From NCBI GenBank assembly GCA_964473715.1, contig CAYYQC010000001.1, positions 60,674 through 124,673 of the forward strand: a DNA stretch of 64,000 nucleotides, in the 5' to 3' direction. A program made the position numbers and the translations under genes. The notes beneath the pieces were generated by a model. It had not been told where the DNA came from and ran no database searches. It saw nothing but the letters and a program-made list of their open reading frames with translations. Every line of letters begins with the position of its first letter. Position 1 is the stretch's first letter. The stretch comes from an uncultured Gammaproteobacteria bacterium. GTDB lineage: Bacteria > Patescibacteriota > Patescibacteriia > Magasanikbacterales > UBA922. Positions 49,701 through 58,265 of this stretch are shown here, piece after piece.

Positions 49701-52700
49701 AACCATTTTGTGAATTTGGGTCAGAAATGTCACAGGTTTCTTGACCTGCAGTAACTTCACCATCACCACACACAGCCACACCAGGTACATTGGTGGTTGT
49801 AGGTTTTGAACCGCGAAGTACACAGGTGTTGGTACAATAAGCATTATTATTTTTTACTTTTCCCGCTTCATTACCAGGATCACACTGCTCACCACGATTT
49901 GACTCAACCACGCCGTTACCACAAACTCCAGCTCCAGTTTTTTCTGCACGATAGGCATCATTATTACCTGGACGCAAACAATTCAAAGCACAACTAGTTC
50001 CTGGCACTTCACCTGCACCACCAATATCACAATCTTCACCAGCTTCAGGCAATCCACCATTACCACAAATTGGATTATTTTTAGCCGCTGAATCTGAAGC
50101 AATGGTACTGCCTTTTTTTACACAGGCCAAAGTACAAGCAGGGTTAACATTTGAATATTGCGCAGCTGGTAATTGAGAAATTTTAGCGACATTAACATTT
50201 TCAGTGCTCCAACTATATTGGTATGCCCACTTACTAAGGGCTTGCCCCACTTTACTGCATGCATTTGGCGCGCTATATGGCACCACAGTATATTTATCTT
50301 GTTGGCCGACAGTGGTAGCCGTTAAATCAAGTGGACTTACTTGCAAGAAACCAACACTACATGGTTTTGCATCAGCCCGTGTTTTAAACACCCATTGCGT
50401 TGGTGGCAATGGTTTGCCATATACAGTTGGGTTAACACGCGCAATAGATTTAATAGCCAGACTCGCGCCATTTAAACTAACTTTATAATATTGATTAGGA
50501 TCTAGATTTGGACCAGACGCACTTAGATGTGCACGCAGTGTAAGTTGCGTAGAATTTTCCGTATCAATCGTATAGATAGAAGTTGGTTGTGTGTTAGCAC
50601 AAGTAACACCATCCATACATTTAAATACTTGGAATCCAGAAGCATAGGTACTCGTCACCATTTGACGATTAAAATCCACACGGATACTCGCATTGTTACA
50701 AGATTCAATACAATTTGGTTCATAATATGTCACGGCTGGATCTGCCAAGTCAACAAACAAAGTACTCGTTGGACTCAAAGTAATTTTAGAGTTGGAATTT
50801 AAAAAGCTAGGTATTGATCCTGAAACCTGCATGCCAAAATAAATTGGACCCTTGGCATTAGCTGGATTCTTTTCTGCAGCTAAAATCACCAAAGCATTTC
50901 CTGAATTAGGAATAGCAGTTAAAGGAATTTCAAAAATAGGACGGTTTGGCGGAACCAAATCTACCCAATATAAAGAATTTTTTGCTTTATCCCCCACCAA
51001 TATTACATTGTACTGACCATTGGCATCAGCCGTAACCGTAGTACAAAGATTTACACTTGAACCACTTCCACTATACGGATTCAAACAAACCTGATTATTA
51101 ATAAATTTAATAATATATCCACTTGGTTTACCAGGAACAGAAGTGTCAACTTTTTGCACTAAAGTATTATTTGGGAACGTGCTTTTTTCTGGTTGTGTAA
51201 ATTTGAGTTGTAAAGCAAAAGTATTTTGCAAAGATAACTGATTACTGACAGTTTGAGTCAAATTAGTTGGAGCAGTAGGGGCAAATCCAGCCTGACCCAC
51301 AGTAATATTAGCGGCTTGTAAAATATTAGTACCACCAATGTCAGTAGAATTTAAATTAGGTCCAGATTCAATAACCGCTTCAGCTTTAATAACCGCAAAA
51401 TCTGGAGAGGTATGAGCGCGCGCAGTAACAAGTGCGCGGATATTTTTGTATCCAGCAATTCCCGGCGCAGCGGCCACTGGTGACTTGAGTGCGGTGGCCA
51501 AATCAGACCCACTTTGACCTTCAGACGGTGACCAATTCCAAGCATAGGTATCTACTAACTGTGAAGAAACCACTGAACATTCTTGATTACCTTTACCCCA
51601 AACAAAATAATACAATGGATGCACTGGGATACTTGGTGGAATAAACACTTTACTACTATCAAATGGATATCGTGTGTCTTGGAGCACACCCAAATTACGC
51701 GCAGTGTATGTGCGCGGATTAATCGCAGCCCCAGTCAAAGTACATTCACTGGCATTTGTTTTAAAATTAAAACAATACGCAGTACCTTTTCCACAAGCAC
51801 GACTCGGTAAAAGCGGAGTATTAATAGTTTGATTTACACCAAGTACAGTCGCATGTTCTAAAGAAGTAATTTTTTCTGATAATTCAATTTGGTACCAGGT
51901 ATTTGATTCCAAATTATTTTTTGGCGGAGCCTCACGAATAATTAAAGTATTTGCACCAGTTTGATACGTAATATCCAAAGAATCTACTGCTGTTTTCTTT
52001 TCATCACAATCAATCCGATTACCTGGACCAGCTGCACAAGCAAATAATTTAATATTTTCTTTGGTTAAAGTATTTGGATCCATGCCCATGTTAAATCTAA
52101 GTGCAATAGTGGCATTCACACATGAGGCAGTGTTAGCCGCAGAAGTTTGTTTTACACGTGGAGTTGGCGAAGGGAAGTCAACATCATTACACTGTTCCAC
52201 TACTTGTGGCTGATTAGCCAAAACACCTGTCATAAAACGCCAAGTATAACCAGCCGCGCGTGTTTCTCCGGCACAAGCTAAATTATTCTTTTTCCACTGA
52301 CCTTCTTCTAGACCAGATTCACAACAGCGATACCCAGGTAAAGGAGTTTTATTACCAATACAACTTTCAACAGTATAATTTACAGCATTACTCCAACGAC
52401 CACTTTCATTGTCAAAAACACGAATTGGTCCACTGGACATTGATACGCCATTTTCATCTACCGGTAAACGAGTGGAAAAACCAGTGCCGTTTGGAAATCC
52501 TGACACTACAGGTGCTTTTCCTTCTGGAGTATCGTGACTCAAATTATATAACCAACCATCAATACCAGAATTAGTATTTGGGTTAGGTACAGCTCCTTTT
52601 TTCCAATAAATAACATCAATCACACCAGGACCTGGCACATTCACACCATAAATAGAAATTGGTGCGCCATCTACTGGCAATGGTGCAGGACCTTTACTTG

Positions 52701-55185
52701 GCATAATCCGACACAAACCAACTCCTGGTGGACCAGGTTCAATAACTATTGTTTCTTGACCATTGGTTTTTTGCACTGGAGGACCAGACGTTTTGACCAT
52801 GATATTAAAAATTTTTATCCCGCCATCAACAAAAAGCTTATCTTGAGGTGGAGGCAACTGAGCGATCACTTGTGTGTCTGTCCAAGTTTGACCACATTGA
52901 CTACCAAGGTCAGTGACTTTTAGACTACGGCAGCTAAGGTCAGGAGTACCAGTATCACAAGTTTTAACCGTGTTAGCGCTAGAAGCAATAAAAATTTTGC
53001 CGATAGTGTTACCAAAGCCCTTACCCTGAATGGTAATAAGACTAAGTGGTGTACTAGTGGCTGGAGTAATCGAACTAATTTGGGGCACTGAAAGATTTAC
53101 CACTGAACTAAGCACTTGAAATGGCACACCATTACTAGATTGTCCATTAATACGCGCATGCACTGGTACCAAACCAGCTTTCATATTAGCTGGTACCCGA
53201 GTACGAATTTCGGTATCGGTCCAATAATTATCAACGATTTCCCCCACCACACCACCTATCAAAGTACCATCAGTTTTTTTAGAAGCACCAAAGAGTAAGG
53301 CATTGCCATTTGCACCACCAAGACCATTACCTACGGCTTTCAAATTTACACCTGGTGGCGCAAAAGTATCATCGGCAAATAAATTATATTCTTTACCGTC
53401 TTGATTAACTTTAGTATCAGCAAAAACCGACACATCGCACAAACCTGGTTTTTTAACATTATTCACAGTAAACAAACCAGTTCCACCAGGACGAGTACCA
53501 AAATTATCAATTGAAGTATCTGTTTTACCAGCAGCAGTAGTAATTCGAATCGCGGCTTTAGTAGATACCGGCAAATTTGGTACAGCTACAATCACCCAGC
53601 GATCAGTCCAAGAACCTTTAGTTCCACAAGGCACTATCACGGCCTCAGTCCATGTATAATTTCCACCCGTACCTTCTACACCAAACTCCACTTTACCTTT
53701 GGTATTAGCAAAATTTTTACCCAAAACAGTTATCCAATTCCCAGGCGCACCATTTAATGGATCAATTCCAGTAATAATTGGCATGGCTCGACAAACTTTA
53801 TCAATACATTGAAAACCATTAGCACAATCAGCATTTGAAGAACAACTATCCCCTTCTCCACCACCACAAGAACCACCGCTATCTACTCCAGTTTCATCTG
53901 CATCTTGAATATCATTGTCACAATGACCACCTTTCAGAGTAAATGAAAGACTGGCTGTGACTACATTATTATCAATATCATGACCAGTGAGAGCGACAAT
54001 GTATTTTTGTCCAGCAACGAATTTTGTATCAAGCAAAAGTTTATAGCTGAATTCAAATAACTCAGAAGAACCCTGATTAACTCTAGGCGCAGTATACGCT
54101 GTGTAAATTGGTGAACCACCATTGGCCGCAGAAACCGCAATCTTAATAAGACTATTACCACCGAAGCTATTTTGTCTATCAAACATTTCCCCTCCCACTG
54201 AAAGCGTTTTGCCTTGGGCAAGGCTAATATTTTCTCCAGAAAAACCATTTAAATTAAGATTACTGAACAAAGGTTTAACGGTATCGTTAAAAGCCGTATC
54301 AGCGCGATAATGTGCAGTAATTGGGAAAGTATTTCCACCAAACTTATAATCAACCTCTAAACTTTTACCAGCTGTATCTTTTAAGTTTTTATTTACAGTC
54401 ACAATATATGTGACATTTGGTTTAAATGGAATTGGGCTACCATTTGGCGCGTAATACACTTCTAAAACTTTATTATTCTCAATAATTGAGGTAGATACTG
54501 GCAAAGGACCCGTACCACCAACTTCTTGAACAAAAACTGATTGTGCTAAATTAACATCAGTGGCCAATGCATGACTAAAGAGTACACGAATCGCAATATT
54601 ATTCATGCCGGTGGCAAGTGCTTCGTCTGTAACCAAATTACCCGGAGTAATACTCTTTACATAAAAGACCGTGTCTTCACATACGCTTAATTCCGGATAT
54701 TTCTTACACTGGCTATCACAATCATTTGGCAATTCTGGATTACATTCTGGCCCATCAGATCCATCACCAGAATCATCACTAGAACCAGTACCACCACCGA
54801 CAATTGCATCATTTAATTGCTTAAAGACAAATAAAACAATGGCCCAAGCAGATAAGATAATTACAAGACCAATGGTGGCATTGATAATATATTTTTTTCC
54901 TTCAGCAATTTTTTCTTCACTACCGTTTGACGTCATGTACAAAAAGCCACCGTACAAAATCAATCCAACAGTAATAATCCCAAGTAACCCAAGTGCAATA
55001 TTAATAATCCGTCCAGCAATTTCACGAGGGTCATCAGCCGAAAGTTTTACCGTATTACCAATTTGCGCCACGCCAAAAGTGTCACCAGCATTTGGGTCAA
55101 CCTGCGCTTGCGCCACAGTGGCCATGCCAAACAAAAAAATACTGAGAGCCAGGAAAATACTTATTTTTTTGAAGCGTGGACTCAT
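43756..55185 (-). CDS. giant (3809 aa) surface protein: signal peptide, VirB2/TrbC-like two-helix pilin-like anchor module, IPT/TIG Ig-like domains, numerous Myxococcus-type Cys-rich repeats
   Basis: Single 11.4-kb ORF. N-terminus ...AGRIINIALGLLGIITVGLILYGGFLYMTSNGSEEKIAEGKKYIINATIGLVIILSAWAIVLFVF. IPT-like PIITGIDPLNGAPGNWITVLGKNF. Repeats such as CGNGKVEGAEVCDDGALND and YCGDGFIQSANGETCDDGNTTNGDSC. Confidence 0.85.
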   Translation of the reverse strand: MSPRFKKISIFLALSIFLFGMATVAQAQVDPNAGDTFGVAQIGNTVKLSADDPREIAGRIINIALGLLGIITVGLILYGGFLYMTSNGSEEKIAEGKKYIINATIGLVIILSAWAIVLFVFKQLNDAIVGGGTGSSDDSGDGSDGPECNPELPNDCDSQCKKYPELSVCEDTVFYVKSITPGNLVTDEALATGMNNIAIRVLFSHALATDVNLAQSVFVQEVGGTGPLPVSTSIIENNKVLEVYYAPNGSPIPFKPNVTYIVTVNKNLKDTAGKSLEVDYKFGGNTFPITAHYRADTAFNDTVKPLFSNLNLNGFSGENISLAQGKTLSVGGEMFDRQNSFGGNSLIKIAVSAANGGSPIYTAYTAPRVNQGSSELFEFSYKLLLDTKFVAGQKYIVALTGHDIDNNVVTASLSFTLKGGHCDNDIQDADETGVDSGGSCGGGEGDSCSSNADCANGFQCIDKVCRAMPIITGIDPLNGAPGNWITVLGKNFANTKGKVEFGVEGTGGNYTWTEAVIVPCGTKGSWTDRWVIVAVPNLPVSTKAAIRITTAAGKTDTSIDNFGTRPGGTGLFTVNNVKKPGLCDVSVFADTKVNQDGKEYNLFADDTFAPPGVNLKAVGNGLGGANGNALLFGASKKTDGTLIGGVVGEIVDNYWTDTEIRTRVPANMKAGLVPVHARINGQSSNGVPFQVLSSVVNLSVPQISSITPATSTPLSLITIQGKGFGNTIGKIFIASSANTVKTCDTGTPDLSCRSLKVTDLGSQCGQTWTDTQVIAQLPPPQDKLFVDGGIKIFNIMVKTSGPPVQKTNGQETIVIEPGPPGVGLCRIMPSKGPAPLPVDGAPISIYGVNVPGPGVIDVIYWKKGAVPNPNTNSGIDGWLYNLSHDTPEGKAPVVSGFPNGTGFSTRLPVDENGVSMSSGPIRVFDNESGRWSNAVNYTVESCIGNKTPLPGYRCCESGLEEGQWKKNNLACAGETRAAGYTWRFMTGVLANQPQVVEQCNDVDFPSPTPRVKQTSAANTASCVNATIALRFNMGMDPNTLTKENIKLFACAAGPGNRIDCDEKKTAVDSLDITYQTGANTLIIREAPPKNNLESNTWYQIELSEKITSLEHATVLGVNQTINTPLLPSRACGKGTAYCFNFKTNASECTLTGAAINPRTYTARNLGVLQDTRYPFDSSKVFIPPSIPVHPLYYFVWGKGNQECSVVSSQLVDTYAWNWSPSEGQSGSDLATALKSPVAAAPGIAGYKNIRALVTARAHTSPDFAVIKAEAVIESGPNLNSTDIGGTNILQAANITVGQAGFAPTAPTNLTQTVSNQLSLQNTFALQLKFTQPEKSTFPNNTLVQKVDTSVPGKPSGYIIKFINNQVCLNPYSGSGSSVNLCTTVTADANGQYNVILVGDKAKNSLYWVDLVPPNRPIFEIPLTAIPNSGNALVILAAEKNPANAKGPIYFGMQVSGSIPSFLNSNSKITLSPTSTLFVDLADPAVTYYEPNCIESCNNASIRVDFNRQMVTSTYASGFQVFKCMDGVTCANTQPTSIYTIDTENSTQLTLRAHLSASGPNLDPNQYYKVSLNGASLAIKSIARVNPTVYGKPLPPTQWVFKTRADAKPCSVGFLQVSPLDLTATTVGQQDKYTVVPYSAPNACSKVGQALSKWAYQYSWSTENVNVAKISQLPAAQYSNVNPACTLACVKKGSTIASDSAAKNNPICGNGGLPEAGEDCDIGGAGEVPGTSCALNCLRPGNNDAYRAEKTGAGVCGNGVVESNRGEQCDPGNEAGKVKNNNAYCTNTCVLRGSKPTTTNVPGVAVCGDGEVTAGQETCDISDPNSQNGCSAQCLHQGTQTAASWCLANIGFSTDPSCKAAVSICGNGKVEPNEDCEVGVKVGNDTVTSAMCNKSCQFIDACALTNPPCVKNAPGCSDKCTLLGSKSTYSSPSVCGDRQVGTGENPSCELNQTNKNNPNDLVGPTQIVQAVGKANPVAGTTYQQTKVTASTKDGSKNITGVADYKLQCGYKEYDFATTDKSYNNCPSNPDNNLGVGGNSCCVPRPRPLAEYPVDGAGFAGSENVCRNTKVEVSFDREMRAESINQNVFLVTGHTAANFDCSAVQGQNFTDTVNKIIAASPIEVKGFWAKLWGRLTDWTKNIWATEAGATTVSGTQEFKSIKTWCNGEVPVSVSVQSEVSSGLDTISRVSLEIGKTLDANTIYGVILRGDVGGIVDMGGVPMKAMGSSARNDAWFFKTSNNICKIKEVGVTPPAHVFNEPNSTQTFTAFATSTNGQKIVSTPGYAWTWTWAPNPNSVFDFSQTDTAKTDVLNVRAKNVPGKITGVAMAKVTADTSAENNQLGQVFNDTFELEALFCKRPWPANPGYPFRDAVYNYETGYCADAGSATNDADDLPYLRQQSLESGPLSSDSLKKLVFFNDKNSDVIGIQIFGPVNVPLTEWFSQTQKFGSVASFRSEVIGEYGALTDGNNYYIQALNYESTSASNAVNSYVYLFSINPNADSKTREVFNKLLQRLNFNTNLSNHNHCLIAGGNIRTNPNAINAEQCTTDFDCRDAAGTPKNGTIGTCSNARTKFLRDWKRLNDLRVAQDNIDTFFATQGSNPDFKGTFAGGSFVPGYTVSKWGESWGRLQEMTKGSFSDPLNRWTTCNADDPQTCWSASSTTYFCPKFKSVYEYEYIKNGNTYKLHAPLEFFKTTDQITKDYVDVERFTTAPWSGCSTGSYNPFQEKCGDGILNQAEQCDPPGTVELADTDVQTTYDHCSKWAVAKACNSDDDCGRIGRSVGRYINGKFTLDTNAKGACVGVAGSALAVVKDSDPVAAKYKLLSCSTNADCDAFVQGVNSAPGNYNFTHALLSFHPTNGKNLYLPVKPNYQALTAAPLKQFFADSGNKLTCDTTSFNTANVYHLPSSANFCVFNKFNPVLKYDPILNAQGEYETFPCSTDNNCRSINESYRHYDGQVSYGPGGFVRSYAELTNDLNQNINNLFTCQTPNQVLESNNFYAGLSSCSVPTVTPQTCSEGQLVKRTCNSQCTWQYGSCASTGSCGNGKVEGAEVCDDGALNDSYGHCNAICTGLAAARCGNNQKDFIDSAKKTLEFCEAGIDGFTAKYNVDRNKSCAWDCRNYGGYCGDGFIQSANGETCDDGNTTNGDSCSSVCKLEKYCSFDTYDLRCENALECTSIPVTENSEPYAVKIRTDLKKIEKVADDAFACAYNTKFIYASPQGNETEIFGCTTDSDCRKASTYQTLVGSTNHRVYAEGAPSSPMIINDSYAPLKGTEFKCLRINVPTPGPDNPLNASCSVNNAPNDSGSSSGTNPSCGNGTTEKILGEECDAGENNDKACVPGPNQDSCSYCGNGCKVLTVDQNAFCGNGVIDANKNEQCDFSTTGQIVMKQNNNTVPAICSDQGSYSCKSNCTLLVQQCVACGPSAQGVIPIINILNPIQKIWNERPKGSEWPGTNDFYFYRKQGADSYALIGGNNLANPTINVPQIGFKSLVDATKALQVEQDKMCVNRYSMLFNPSKVLENNNNSYMTIAPTAKINGTLFPFTVNAQSANAPVVQELITSPSVPPDTFRIVLKWTDQDKTAEFNGALYNEDFNKFDENIWSKGIQDHRIYAMKGWWNNYNQTALCSSMMRAGTFWTPSQSATQGETCESNYGIIASPNQVSVSGKTFIQTFTLVTNDYLQSGKPFTFFVNSLNGTSIGSSKNSSLEVLVYTNKPLPKNGLNASDISLYSVYEPDYTFKIKDANLPTGSAASAYSYWQVFNMVKESGKYTIKPVEGKEANGTSNGQLYQNGLFHKCSTGLFSYMPGKVPVTCPN

Positions 55186-55188
55186 ACG

Positions 55189-57444
55189 TTAAGGAAGAGT
55201 GGATGGACTTACAGCTTTCATTTTTTCAATACAAGTGGCCACATCTGGCTGACTTAAATCATTCTCATTAATTCCAAAGACACAGGCTGAATCTTTGAGC
55301 GGATCAAATGAACCACTTAAATTTTTATTATTTGGCGCACAATTCTCATTTTGAGTCGGTACTCCATTTACGTCTTCAGCGTATATGCAGGTCGGTGAAG
55401 TGTTCTTTTGCCCAAGTACATGTACTGGTCCACGACCTGGATATAAACATTGCTGATTATCCCCTCTAGCAGTACTTGATACGTAAGTAAAATAGTAAAG
55501 ATCAAGACCGCCAGTACCAAAAGTACGCGGATGTTTAATTTCTGAAATCGTTGAATCACCGACATCTTTTAAATCCATGTAATATGGAAAATCTTCCAAA
55601 CGCACATTATCAATTCCCATACGATTGGCTGGATATTCTATTACTCCAGCGCCATTCATGACAGAATTGTACAGCATTATTCGACTAAAGTAAATTTGAA
55701 TATCTTCAGTTCCTTTTACCCCTTCGCCCTCAAGCGGAGGCTTTACATTCGTGATATACGGAATGACCATGTCTTTGTCATTTTGCACCTTAAATGACCA
55801 ATAAAAGTTATCAGGATTTTTTTCTTGAACTTCAATTTTTTTAGGGTCATTAGAACCCAATCTAAATGCATGGCGCCATGAGGGTTGAACTCCAGGGGCT
55901 GATTGCGCAATTACGCCATCAGATTTATTACCTGGACCATTATCAAGCGCATTGCCGGCCATGTCAGTCACACCGGTAAATGGCTGAGCCACAAATGAAG
56001 TCCCATTTTGATTTTGCAATTCTGCGGTACGAACCAAACCTTCATAATTAGCTGTACAAGCTTTATCGGCCACCCCACAACCTGGAGCAGGCAAACAATA
56101 CATTGGTTCACCACAACTATTTTGGCCACAAGATTCACTAGAAATGAATTCTACTGAACGGTACCCATTGGAAATACGCCATTCACCTTTCACTTCGGTG
56201 CTACCAAAAATAATATTATTAAAATTACTATTTGGACCAACAGCACCTTGAGTTACACTTGGATCCACAGGTTCATTAAAATCAATCCGAATAACAATAT
56301 TTCGTTTAATAGTACCACCATTTTTTGGAGAGGTGGACAATACATATGGCGGACTTAAATCTACCTTGGTACCTGTTTCAAAACTCCATGAATAAAATTT
56401 ACTGGCAAAATTATTTGGAAAAATATCTGAACCATTTAAACGTTTAATTCCGGCAGTATTTGATGAGCCACCAATTAATTTAGCAGTGTACCAAACATTA
56501 CTTACCTCATTACCAAGCAAAGTTAGGGGTTTAAACGTAAAGATAGTGGCTTTACGTGCTTCATCATAGGTTGTAATACCTACCATTTCTACATTACTTG
56601 TAGAGCTTGCTTTAAAAAATAATTGTACTGAACCGTTTTTAACACGATCACATTCATTACTAAGTGAAACCACCTTATCTCCATCAATATCAGTACAATC
56701 TCCATAATATGGAATAGGTTGTCCACTATTAGCCCCAGATGTATAAACTGCACAGGCACCAGCGGCAATTTTTACAGCTTTGCTTCCCCCATCAACCGGC
56801 CAACAAGTATTATTGGTATTTTCCACAATACTTTCTGGCAAAACTGGTTCAGCAAAAGTTACTGACAACGCAGTATTGCGGAATACATCCACTTGGTTAG
56901 GGCGAGGATAATGATCTTTAATAATCGCACCTAAACCACCAGTACCAGAATATGAGGCAAAAATTGGTTTTTCCGGATTATCATTATTTCCACTTTGATT
57001 TCCACTACTTAAACCAAATGCATCAGATAAAGATTTTAAAACAAATTGAACAATAGCAAACGCAGAAATAATTATTACAAATCCAATAAGTGCGTTTACC
57101 ATCACTCGTTTTCCTTGTGCAACTTTTTCTTCATTACCCGCTGAAGTCATGATTAAAAATCCAGCGTAAAGCACTAATCCAAACGCAATAATCCCAAGCA
57201 AACCAAGAACAACACTAATTAATCGACCAGCAATGATCCGAATATCAGTATCACCTAGCCGAATGTTATTTTGAATTGGTTGCAATCCTAATGTGTCAGC
57301 ATCAGTTTGTGCGTTTACAATTCCAGCGGCAAAAAAAATATTAAAAAAAACAAAGACTACTGCCAATCCGGTTATGCACCAGGCAATAGTCTTGTTTAGA
57401 CGTAAATTCGGTCGAATCCAGGGAAGCATGAGCCAAGGATCCAA
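55189..57444 (-). CDS. large (751 aa) surface protein with the same VirB2/TrbC-like pilin-like N-terminal module; immediately upstream of the giant gene
   Basis: ...IAGRLISVVLGLLGIIAFGLVLYAGFLIMTSAGNEEKVAQGKRVMVNALIGFVIIISAFAIVQFV is clearly homologous to the giant protein's N-terminus. The two genes are separated by 3 nt. Confidence 0.8.
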   Translation of the reverse strand: MDPWLMLPWIRPNLRLNKTIAWCITGLAVVFVFFNIFFAAGIVNAQTDADTLGLQPIQNNIRLGDTDIRIIAGRLISVVLGLLGIIAFGLVLYAGFLIMTSAGNEEKVAQGKRVMVNALIGFVIIISAFAIVQFVLKSLSDAFGLSSGNQSGNNDNPEKPIFASYSGTGGLGAIIKDHYPRPNQVDVFRNTALSVTFAEPVLPESIVENTNNTCWPVDGGSKAVKIAAGACAVYTSGANSGQPIPYYGDCTDIDGDKVVSLSNECDRVKNGSVQLFFKASSTSNVEMVGITTYDEARKATIFTFKPLTLLGNEVSNVWYTAKLIGGSSNTAGIKRLNGSDIFPNNFASKFYSWSFETGTKVDLSPPYVLSTSPKNGGTIKRNIVIRIDFNEPVDPSVTQGAVGPNSNFNNIIFGSTEVKGEWRISNGYRSVEFISSESCGQNSCGEPMYCLPAPGCGVADKACTANYEGLVRTAELQNQNGTSFVAQPFTGVTDMAGNALDNGPGNKSDGVIAQSAPGVQPSWRHAFRLGSNDPKKIEVQEKNPDNFYWSFKVQNDKDMVIPYITNVKPPLEGEGVKGTEDIQIYFSRIMLYNSVMNGAGVIEYPANRMGIDNVRLEDFPYYMDLKDVGDSTISEIKHPRTFGTGGLDLYYFTYVSSTARGDNQQCLYPGRGPVHVLGQKNTSPTCIYAEDVNGVPTQNENCAPNNKNLSGSFDPLKDSACVFGINENDLSQPDVATCIEKMKAVSPSTLP

Positions 57445-57474
57445 AATTTAAACTCTCCGGAGAGAGACCGGTGA

Positions 57475-57921
57475 TTAGCCGGATAAACGAGCTAAGACGC
57501 GTTCACGAACTGTGGCGCCATCAGCCCTACCTTTTACTTTAGCCATGACTGCACCGACAACTTTACCGCTATTGGCACGGGTTTCTTGGTCAACCTCAGA
57601 GAGTACACCAGTAATGACCGCATCAATTTCTACGTCAGTTAGTTGTTGTGGCAGAAAACTTTGTAACAGTTCAATTTCAGTATTGGTTTTTGTTACCAGG
57701 TCAGTTCGTCCAGCAGTAGTAAAATCTGCAAGCGCATCTTTTAGTTGCTTAACGAGCCGCGCAATAAGCGCTTCCACCTGAGCATCTTGTAAGGTAATTC
57801 CGTGGTTGATTTCTTCATTTTTAATTGCTGCTAAAACATTTTGGATAGAATCCAATGTTTCTGCATTATGCTCTTTACGAGCAGTAAGGCGCAAAGCCTG
57901 CAACTGTTCAACCAAAGACAT
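57475..57921 (-). CDS. yqeY: GatB/YqeY-domain protein
   Basis: Whole-length resemblance to YqeY (..LKDALADF..GRTDL...LLQSFLPQQL..). Confidence 0.8.
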   Translation of the reverse strand: MSLVEQLQALRLTARKEHNAETLDSIQNVLAAIKNEEINHGITLQDAQVEALIARLVKQLKDALADFTTAGRTDLVTKTNTEIELLQSFLPQQLTDVEIDAVITGVLSEVDQETRANSGKVVGAVMAKVKGRADGATVRERVLARLSG

Positions 57922-57926
57922 ATTTA

Positions 57927-58199
57927 TTATTTATTTCCAAATTTACCAGCTTTGGCAGCGCGACGAGCCATGAGTTCCAATTCTTTCTTGGAAAGCTTGC
58001 CTCGTTTGCGACGGTATTCAGTTTTAGCACGGGTTTCAATCCGAGTTAAAGCTGATTTACGGCGGCGAGTTTTGTTTGGTTTACCAGTGAAATGAGCACC
58101 TTTACGAGCTTCAAGTTGAATACCAGACATACTGACTTCTGTCTTGTAAGCGCGCATTAGAGCTTCAAATGACTTAGAACCTTTTTTTACTTCGATCAT
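57927..58199 (-). CDS. rpsU: 30S ribosomal protein S21 (start probably the ATG 6 nt after the AGGAGGTG site)
   Basis: MIEVKKGSKSFEALMRAYK...RKRGKLSKKE matches the bS21 pattern. Strong Shine-Dalgarno. Confidence 0.8.
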   Translation of the reverse strand: MIEVKKGSKSFEALMRAYKTEVSMSGIQLEARKGAHFTGKPNKTRRRKSALTRIETRAKTEYRRKRGKLSKKELELMARRAAKAGKFGNK

Positions 58200-58265
58200 A
58201 TTCACCTCCTGAGGGTGATTAAAAATAATACAGTTATACTACCCTAAAAAACCCAAAAGGTCAAA

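Noticed and set aside
44221-55192. Short antisense or alternative-frame ORFs inside the giant gene (e.g. 44221..44484, 49305..49544, 54671..55192)
   Set aside because: They lie entirely within an 11.4-kb continuous coding frame on the other strand or frame; no independent support.
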